Virus record (IMG/VR): IMGVR_UViG_3300036818_000088 | Location: 1 to 64,000 of that record | Reading direction: 5' to 3' (one strand) | Source of the DNA: a virus | Length of the DNA: 64,000 nt | In this document: positions 57,098 to 64,000 of the stretch, piece by piece | How positions within the stretch are numbered: the first letter of the stretch is position 1 | Layout: each line of letters starts with the position of its first letter | Made by a program: the position numbers and the translations under genes | Notes under the pieces: model-generated | Databases searched by the model: none | Seen by the model: the letters and a program-made list of their open reading frames with translations, nothing else | What the model was told of the DNA's origin: nothing

Positions 57098-57745
57098 ATG
57101 TGGACTGCTGACGACATCTCAAGATCGCTCAGGCGCTACCTCGCCGCCGCCCTCCCCGAGGAGTGGACGATCCGCCTTGAGGTGCGCGAGGTGCGAGACG
57201 AGGATCGTCCTGTCGCCGTGGTCGAACTCGGCGCGATCTCATCGGTGCGAGCACGCGAGGCGATCACCCAAGGCGAGGTCGAATCGCTGGCGCCGGTGAC
57301 GATCACCGCCTACCCGCCGCTGCCCGATGAGCCCAAAGCCGGGGAAGATCCGGCCACCGATCCGCTGCGCGAGGCCCGCCAGCAGGCCGCGACCATCGCC
57401 TCGGGTCTTGAGCGCCTGCTGGTTTACGGGCTGACCGTCACCACCGAACCCGAAGAAGGCCAGCGCGTGCACTGGGCCGGTCCCTTCCGCATCCCGCTCT
57501 ACGACTACGCCGACGTGCCGCTGAGCGGACCCGAACGCGAAGGCCCCAAAGAGCCGCACGACGTGCTCTGGGTGCCCCAGGAGTCGGTCAGCGTCGAGCC
57601 GATCCAGGACACCGAAGACCGCCGCCGCTGGTCGGTCGCGATGGACTTCCGCGTCTCGATGGAGGCACCTGGCCGCGAACGAGCCGAAGACGAAGGCTTC
57701 CTCGCCGAAGGCATCGAAGGCAGCTTCGTCCCGCCACCCGGCTAG
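57098..57745 (+). CDS. Putative tail terminator
   Basis: Position before sheath; IPLYDY. Confidence 0.55.
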   Translation: MWTADDISRSLRRYLAAALPEEWTIRLEVREVRDEDRPVAVVELGAISSVRAREAITQGEVESLAPVTITAYPPLPDEPKAGEDPATDPLREARQQAATIASGLERLLVYGLTVTTEPEEGQRVHWAGPFRIPLYDYADVPLSGPEREGPKEPHDVLWVPQESVSVEPIQDTEDRRRWSVAMDFRVSMEAPGRERAEDEGFLAEGIEGSFVPPPG

Positions 57746-57813
57746 GGGAAGCGGCCCGATCTAGCCGCCAAGTGACAGTATCCATTCTGGGCAGCACCTA
57801 TCCTGCGAGCGGA

Positions 57814-58131
57814 ATGGGCGAGCCTGCACAGAGTCCCGAGAGCACCCCCCTCAAGCCGAGCCGCGATGAGCTAAACGAGCGCGCCGCCGAGCTTGGCATT
57901 GCCAGCCCCGAGGGTCTCAAGAACATGGAGGCTGTCGAAGAGGCGATCTCCGACGCCGAAGCCCTGCCGCGCTTCAGCCGAGCCGAAGTGCTTGACCTCG
58001 CCCGCTCGCTGACCGGCTTCTCGCGCAACCACATGGCTGGCGCCCTGCACGGCAACGAGCAGAAGACCTTCACCAAGGAAGAGGCCACCAAGATCGGTGA
58101 GCGCTTCGCCCGCCATGAGGCGGTGGCCTAG
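57814..58131 (+). CDS. Small protein preceding sheath
   Basis: ELNERAAELGI; MAGAL..FTKEEA. Confidence 0.55.
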   Translation: MGEPAQSPESTPLKPSRDELNERAAELGIASPEGLKNMEAVEEAISDAEALPRFSRAEVLDLARSLTGFSRNHMAGALHGNEQKTFTKEEATKIGERFARHEAVA

Positions 58132-59606
58132 TGGGCGGCGGCACAACCCTGACGCTGCCCCAGAACGAGGGCACCTACATCACCCTGCAGGGCCAGCGTA
58201 CGGTTCGCCCGAGCGCATCGGTTGCCCAGACAGTCGCGATCCCGCTGATCTGCGACTGGGGGCCGCTCGGCTCTGAAGAAATCGTCAAGTCCGAAACCTT
58301 CGGCGAATGGGAGTCGCTCTTCGGCAACTCCGACACGCCCGGCCGCGATGCGGCGCTGGCGGCCTTCGTCGGCACCGGCATCGAAGGCAACGTCGCCGCC
58401 GGTGCGGTCAAGTCCTACCGGATGGCGACCAGCTCCGCCGCCGCCTCGACCGTGACGCTGAAAAACACGAAAGAAGGCGGCAAAAGCGCGCTCAAACTCA
58501 CCGCCCGCTACACCGGCGAGCGCGGGGACCGGATCTCGATGGCTGTCGCCGCCGATCCGACCGACGAAACCAAGGCGCGCTTCACGGTGATGTTCGACGG
58601 CGTGCGCAAGGAGAGCTACTCCTACACCAAAATCGACCTCGCCGAACTCGCCGCCAAGCTTGAAGCCAACTCCTCGCTGATCCCGACCGTGGCGGTCCTC
58701 GAAGATGGAGTCGCGCTTGCGACGACCGCCAGCACCTCGCTTGCCGGCGGCAACAACGGCGACGAACTCACCTCCAAAGAGTGGCTCGCAGCGACCGAAG
58801 CGCTCGAGTTCGAGGACTTCTCGGTCTTCGTCCCCTACGACCTCTCCGACAAAGCGATCCGCGCCAGCCTCTTCGCCTGGACACAGAGCCAGGCCGAAGA
58901 GATGCGGCCGGTCTTCACGATCTTCGGTGGTCCCGAAGGCGAGGAACTGATCGACGGCATCGAACGCGCCCGCGAAATCGAAGATCCTCACGTCATCGCG
59001 ATCGGCGGCGGGGACTTCCATGACGACTTCCTCGACAAGGACATCTCGACCGCCCAGCTCGCCCCGCGCATCGCCGGCATCCTCGCCGGCCTCGGCGAAT
59101 CCAAGTCGCTGCTGAACGTGCCGATCGCCGGGCTTAAGCAGATCGGCACCTCGCTGATTGCCCCCGACGAGCAGCACACGGCGAGCGAAAACGGCCTCAC
59201 CGTCTTCCGCCGCACGACGATCCCCGAGGCCGAACTGGTCATCGCCAACGGCGTCACCACCTTCACCGACGACACCGACCTGACCCGGCCGGTGGAACTG
59301 TTCAGCGACCCGCGCATTATCCGCGTCGCCGACCTCTTCATCCGTCGCATGAAGGAATGGGGGGACCGCAACATCGTCGGCCCGACCACGGTCACCGAGG
59401 AGACCGAAGCGGCCGTCCGCGAGCGCGGCGACGCCGAACTGAAAGCGCTCACCGACCGCAACCTGATCCTGCCGGGCAAAACGCCCGACGAAAAGCCCTT
59501 CTTCCGGCTCGTCGACAACGCAGGCAAACCGGCGATCGTCTTCGAGTTCGGCTGGGTCTTCGCGCGGACTACACGATGGTTGATCGGGCGAGGAAGCGTG
59601 CGCTGA
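58131..59606 (+). CDS. Contractile tail sheath protein
   Basis: GTYI, DWGP, ARYTGERG, LAGGNNG, IANGVTT, RIIRVAD. Confidence 0.9.
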   Translation: MGGGTTLTLPQNEGTYITLQGQRTVRPSASVAQTVAIPLICDWGPLGSEEIVKSETFGEWESLFGNSDTPGRDAALAAFVGTGIEGNVAAGAVKSYRMATSSAAASTVTLKNTKEGGKSALKLTARYTGERGDRISMAVAADPTDETKARFTVMFDGVRKESYSYTKIDLAELAAKLEANSSLIPTVAVLEDGVALATTASTSLAGGNNGDELTSKEWLAATEALEFEDFSVFVPYDLSDKAIRASLFAWTQSQAEEMRPVFTIFGGPEGEELIDGIERAREIEDPHVIAIGGGDFHDDFLDKDISTAQLAPRIAGILAGLGESKSLLNVPIAGLKQIGTSLIAPDEQHTASENGLTVFRRTTIPEAELVIANGVTTFTDDTDLTRPVELFSDPRIIRVADLFIRRMKEWGDRNIVGPTTVTEETEAAVRERGDAELKALTDRNLILPGKTPDEKPFFRLVDNAGKPAIVFEFGWVFARTTRWLIGRGSVR

Positions 59607-59707
59607 TGGGCCACATCGTTGAGACCGAGCATTCCTATGCGAATACGCAGCCTGCGCATCCAGAATGCAATTGGAAGAAGGGCGCGTCATTGGAGGTGGC
59701 TGCGTAA
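59606..59707 (+). pseudogene. HNH endonuclease remnant
   Basis: 33-aa ORF GHIV..HSYANTQPAHPECNWKKG matches an HNH C-terminal half. Confidence 0.6.
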
Positions 59708-60225
59708 TGGGCGGCTTTGCAGGACCGACGGCTTCACTTAAGGCCCGCAACCGCCGCTCCGGCCGTTCTGGCACCGTCTGGTCGGAGGGCAAGATGCTGG
59801 GCGAGGTCAGCTCGATCGAATGGACTGTCGAGGTCGAACAGATCGCCGTGCCGATCCCCGGCACTTGGCAGGACGGCCTCAAGCCCGGCGCTGAGGCGCG
59901 CCGCGGCACGATGCGGATCGACGATGTCGATGACAAATGGCGCCGCTACGTCTGGGAATTCCTCGATGCTCGCCGCCGCAACGACGCCGAGACGGCCGCC
60001 GAGTTCCCCGCCTTCAACATCATCACCCAGATCGCCGATATCGGCACCCCCGGCGGCTCCAAGACGCGCTGGGCGCTGCGCGACTGCCAGCTCTTCAGCT
60101 ACTCGGGTGGATTCAGCCAGCAGGACCAGTACCTGCAGCGTGACATCCCCTTCAGCTTCGAGTCAGATGCGCCGATCGACTCCTTCGCATACGCCGAAGG
60201 CGGCATCGTCAACTACGCGGGTTAG
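59707..60225 (+). CDS. Tail tube protein (XkdM-like)
   Basis: After sheath; SGRSGTVWSEG..GTM..FNIITQIAD..DIPFSFE. Confidence 0.8.
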   Translation: MGGFAGPTASLKARNRRSGRSGTVWSEGKMLGEVSSIEWTVEVEQIAVPIPGTWQDGLKPGAEARRGTMRIDDVDDKWRRYVWEFLDARRRNDAETAAEFPAFNIITQIADIGTPGGSKTRWALRDCQLFSYSGGFSQQDQYLQRDIPFSFESDAPIDSFAYAEGGIVNYAG

Positions 60226-60510
60226 GTCGCAGGGCCGTGGCCCACTGCGACTATGAGTCGGCTTGGTTGGCCCTAGGCGAGCGGCTGCGGGCCAAGCCGG
60301 GCTGGGGCTCCAAGGAGCTGCATGAGCTTATGGCCGAGATCGCCGCCGCGCATCGCCTTCCCGAGAACTTCGTCCAGCAGATTGTCCGCCTCTACGGCGG
60401 CACAGTTCACCTACAAATCACCCCGGAGACGGGGGCCGCTGGACTCGACGAGTCACTGACCGCCGAGCCCAAGCCACTCGATCCCGAGGCATCAACGGCA
60501 CTAGGAGGCC

Positions 60511-61197
60511 ATGATGAGCGAGCAGGACACCAAGACAGCGCCGAAGGCAGCACTGGGAGGGGCGAACAGCCGCCCCGAGCCGGGAGCGGTAGCCGAGCAG
60601 ATCGAGCCACCGTCGCGGCCTGAGAAGCCCGAGGAGCCCAAGCCGGGCGACCACCTGCCGCCAGGGGCACCGGAGGGACTCAAGGAGGCCGTCGCCGGCC
60701 CGCTTGATGAGGGCCACGACGATGAGACCGCAGCCGAGGCGGCGATGAAGGAGAAGGGCGCGCTGGACTTCATGCTCAGCAACCCCTCGCCGCAGCCCTT
60801 CAAGGTGCCGGCGATCGTCGAGACCCCCGCAGGGCCGAAGAAGCTCACCTTTCACATGCGCCAGATCGACGGCAGCCGGATCGAGGCGCTGGAGAACGAG
60901 CACACCAACGGCGTCGGCCCCTTCGCCACGGTCGACCGCACCCGGCTGAACGCCGCCAAGATCGCCGAGGCCACCGAGAAGATGGTCGATGAGAACGGCA
61001 AGGAGATGACGCCGGGCGATCCTGAGTTTCTCAGCGGCGGCGAGGGAGTCCCGCATATCGCCTTCGAGCGGATGTTTCGCTATGAGCCCGGCGTCGCCGA
61101 TCAGATCGCCGAACAGATCGACCGCATGGCCGGACAGGCTCGTGATCGGGTTGGCATGGCGGAGCGGGAGATGACCACGGCAACCCGAAATTTCTAA
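60511..61197 (+). CDS. Tail assembly chaperone (G); -1 frameshift gives GT ending at 61406
   Basis: Slippery A AAT TTC (61188-61194) directly before TAA; -1 frame open to TAG at 61404-61406. Confidence 0.8.
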   Translation: MMSEQDTKTAPKAALGGANSRPEPGAVAEQIEPPSRPEKPEEPKPGDHLPPGAPEGLKEAVAGPLDEGHDDETAAEAAMKEKGALDFMLSNPSPQPFKVPAIVETPAGPKKLTFHMRQIDGSRIEALENEHTNGVGPFATVDRTRLNAAKIAEATEKMVDENGKEMTPGDPEFLSGGEGVPHIAFERMFRYEPGVADQIAEQIDRMAGQARDRVGMAEREMTTATRNF

Positions 61198-61406
61198 AGC
61201 GGCGTGGGTCGACGTGGCTGATTTTTGCCCAATGGCAGCATCGGGGAATCCGGCCCTCAAAGGCGTGGGCCGGATTCGAGGAGCCACCGTGGCCTTCGCG
61301 GGCGGAGGCCGTCGAGAAGGCTTTCGCGATCCACGCCGCCGAGATAGAAGCAACGACGCACGAGCTGCTCAACTCGATCTTGGGAGCCTTGGGAGAGGAC
61401 GAGTAG

Positions 61407-64000
61407 ATGGCCGGTGAGGTCAGAGGCACTTTCTCGCTCAACGACCGCCCGGCAACGGAGGCGATGCGGCGCCTCCAGCGCCAGGGTGAGGAGCTCGACC
61501 TCGTCCTCGACAAGCTCGGCAAAACAGTCGACGGCGTCTTCAGCTCCGAGAATGTCGCCGAAGTCAAGCTCTACGAAGAGGCACTGTCGCGGCTCGACTC
61601 CCAAGCGCGACGGACCTTCAACTCGATCGGGCGCAACGCGCGCGAGGCAGAGTTCCAGGTCGTCGGCTCGATCCGCCGCATGGACTCCTCGGTCATCCTC
61701 TTCCGCGAGAACCTCGATGCCCTCAGCCGCGAGAAAGCCACGCCGAAGATCAACCTCAAAGGGGTCGATGAGGCGCTGGCCCAGACTGAACTCCTGCACA
61801 AACGGATCAACGCGCTCGGGCGCGAGGTGGCGACGCCGCGGGTCGGCGTCTCGCAGTCTTCCTTCGTTTCCGGTGCGGCCAACCGAGCCGCAGGGGGCGG
61901 TGGTTCGAGCTTCGGCGGCGGGAGGGGAGGCCTGAACATCCCCTTCGCCGGCACTGCGCCGTGGGCGTTGGTCGGCGGCGCGCTTGCGGCGGCTCCACCC
62001 CTCATAGGCGCGACAACGGCTCTCGGCGGCTCGCTTGCCGGCGCCGCGCTTGGAGCAGGCTCAATCGGCCTTGGTGCCGCCGGGGTCGGCGCGACTGCAC
62101 TGGGAGAGATCGCGCCGGTGGCGGTGTCCTCGATCATCGGCATCAAAGCCGCCTCCAAAGCGCTGAAAAGCTACCGCGAAGAGGTCATCCGCTCAGGCGT
62201 CAACTCCGAAGCGGCGAAGGAGAAGTACCGCCTCTACAACATGGAACTGGAAAAAGCCCCGATCGGCACAGCGCGGTTCCTGCGGGCTAAAGAAGGGCTG
62301 GTCGAAGATTTCCAGTCGAGCACCAAGCCGGCCCAGCGCGGCTTCACCGGGATCGGCACTCGGGGCCTCAACCTCGGCCGCCAGCTCACCCCGCAGTTCT
62401 CGCGCCTCTCCAACGAATTCTTCAACGAAGCCCAGCCGCAGGCCAACAAATTCGCCGACTTCGTTGCCTCGTCCGAATCGCGCCAGTTCTTCGAGTCGAT
62501 GGGGCGAGAGTCAAAAGCGGCACTCGCGCCGACCGAGCAGATCGCCGAAAGCACCACCGGCACCCTGATGAACCTCTCCCGCGCCGCCCGCCCCTTCTTC
62601 CACGAAGGGCTGATGTTCCTCGACAAATGGACGCGCGGCTGGCACACCTCGAGCAAAGACGTTCGCGGCACCCGCGAAGACATGGCGCGCTGGGTCGGCG
62701 ACCTGAAGACGTGGGCGAAACTCACCGGCGCGACCTTCGAACTGCTGAAGGATCTCGGCTCGGCCGGGGCGGGTGAAGGCAACTCCCTGGTCGGCGACCT
62801 GACCAAACAGCTCGAAGTCTGGGACGAATGGGTGCAGCACAACCCGCGTGAGGTCAGGACGTTCTTCAAAGAATCGGTCGAATCCACCGAGAAGCTCGCC
62901 GGTGCCATCGGCAAAATCGCCAGCCTGATCTGGCAGATCGGCCGCCAGCTTGGGCCGATGCTCGACCAACTCTCCAACCTCGTCACCTTGGCCGGTAACG
63001 CGGGGCTGCTGACCCCCGGTGGTCTACCTCTCCTATTGGCGGGTGGAGCAGGACTACGCAGCGCTACTCGCGGCCTCGGAACTCGCATCCGAGGTGCGGT
63101 GCCAGGGATGGGTGGAGGGTTCACCGAAGGGGCGGTGGCTGGTGCTGCCCTGGGCGGGGGTGCAGCGGGAGCAGAGGCCGCAGCGTTTCGTCCTGGTCTC
63201 GGCAACGCCTACCGCATCTATCGCAACGTTGGAGAGCGCGGCGTGTTGGGCGCAGGGTTGGGGGCTGCCCGGACTACTGCCGCTGGGGCAGGGCTTGAGC
63301 GGTTTGGCCGCGGCTTCGCCGGCCGCTTTCTTCCCTTTGCCCTCCTCAGCGGTGCCCTTGGGGCAGCCGGGACACAGGGCAACTTCCATGAACGTATCCA
63401 AGGTGGCCTGTCTCAAGCCACATTCGGCATCATCCCGCCACCCCAAAGCATCGAAGAAAAGTACTCCGGCGGCTACCACGATGCATTGGAAAGCCTTCGC
63501 AACAACCAGATCGTCGGCCACCATATGGGCCTTGGCCGCGAACGCCGCTGGGACATGGAGTTGCGCCAAGCACGCGCCCAGTCCCAGTACGGCGGTACCG
63601 ACCCGAGCCTTCAAGGTGCAGCGGCTGGTTATCGCTCGCGAGCCGAAGACATCGAAGCCAGACAAACAGCCGCAGCGAGCAGCATGCTCGGAGATCTCAC
63701 AGGTGCCTTCGACATTCGCGGCCGACATGGTGCCGGTGACAAAGCCAACTACCAGCGCACCATCGACGGGATCGAACGGCGTGTCTCGAAACTGCACGGC
63801 CGCACCCGCAAGGAGTTCTCGCAGATGGGCATCGACTGGGCGGCCGAAGTGGCCAAGGCCAACCCGAAGCTCAAACGCGCCTATGACGAAATGGCCGAGC
63901 AGATGGAAACTCGGCTGCGCAAAGCGGGGGCCGAAATCCGGGTCATCAACGGCAACATCGTCGATGTCTCGGCGAAATCGTGGGGCAAGGTCGCCGACCT
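61407..64000 (+). CDS. Tape measure protein (partial, open at window end)
   Basis: ATG adjacent to GT stop; Ala/Gly-rich helical and hydrophobic repeats; position after chaperone. Confidence 0.88.
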   Translation, partial: MAGEVRGTFSLNDRPATEAMRRLQRQGEELDLVLDKLGKTVDGVFSSENVAEVKLYEEALSRLDSQARRTFNSIGRNAREAEFQVVGSIRRMDSSVILFRENLDALSREKATPKINLKGVDEALAQTELLHKRINALGREVATPRVGVSQSSFVSGAANRAAGGGGSSFGGGRGGLNIPFAGTAPWALVGGALAAAPPLIGATTALGGSLAGAALGAGSIGLGAAGVGATALGEIAPVAVSSIIGIKAASKALKSYREEVIRSGVNSEAAKEKYRLYNMELEKAPIGTARFLRAKEGLVEDFQSSTKPAQRGFTGIGTRGLNLGRQLTPQFSRLSNEFFNEAQPQANKFADFVASSESRQFFESMGRESKAALAPTEQIAESTTGTLMNLSRAARPFFHEGLMFLDKWTRGWHTSSKDVRGTREDMARWVGDLKTWAKLTGATFELLKDLGSAGAGEGNSLVGDLTKQLEVWDEWVQHNPREVRTFFKESVESTEKLAGAIGKIASLIWQIGRQLGPMLDQLSNLVTLAGNAGLLTPGGLPLLLAGGAGLRSATRGLGTRIRGAVPGMGGGFTEGAVAGAALGGGAAGAEAAAFRPGLGNAYRIYRNVGERGVLGAGLGAARTTAAGAGLERFGRGFAGRFLPFALLSGALGAAGTQGNFHERIQGGLSQATFGIIPPPQSIEEKYSGGYHDALESLRNNQIVGHHMGLGRERRWDMELRQARAQSQYGGTDPSLQGAAAGYRSRAEDIEARQTAAASSMLGDLTGAFDIRGRHGAGDKANYQRTIDGIERRVSKLHGRTRKEFSQMGIDWAAEVAKANPKLKRAYDEMAEQMETRLRKAGAEIRVINGNIVDVSAKSWGKVAD

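Larger units (their letters stand above)
1..64000 (+). mobile_element. Tailed phage or prophage segment (contractile tail, lambda GpA-type terminase, Mu gpT-like capsid); both ends lie outside the window
   Basis: Contiguous lysis, recombination, replication, packaging, head and tail genes with overlapping start/stop codons; no host housekeeping genes; no integrase in the window. Confidence 0.97.

Noticed and set aside
1-64000. tRNA genes, integrase, repressor, att sites
   Set aside because: None recognised by eye; a temperate lifestyle is only inferred (IS scar, operator) and tRNAscan was not run

Overview
The whole window is one high-GC tailed-phage segment, almost entirely + strand, with a contractile tail (myovirus-like). 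The host is probably actinobacterial, possibly Thermoleophilia/Solirubrobacterales (inferred from an mIHF homologue, leaderless starts and an FN3 domain type). Gene order: leftward early gene; lysis cassette (M15 peptidase-PGBD, HNH, GH24 lysozyme, holin); RecT + PD-(D/E)XK exonuclease; replication (VRR-NUC/Rep fusion, DnaC-like loader, DnaA-C, RusA); Ku and many small ORFs; PAPS-reductase-family gene; two DNA methyltransferases; lambda GpA-type terminase; more small ORFs (mIHF, ASCH, DUF1643, RNase H); portal, MuF-like gene and a head gene broken by a truncated IS1-family element; protease/scaffold, capsid, neck, sheath, tube, frameshifted tail chaperone and a partial tape measure. The most notable signal is non-coding. 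A ~70-nt putative sRNA (2378-2448) exposes the loop seed GAUCGG(GUGUA), which is complementary to an (A)CACCCGATC box in the leaders of seven dispersed phage promoters, at about +1 in six of them and usually just ahead of the RBS. Five of these promoters also carry a perfect TGAA-N5-TTCA palindrome. Four further structured intergenic RNAs each begin 6-7 nt after their own -10 box. All calls come from reading the sequence by eye; no searches or folding programs were run.
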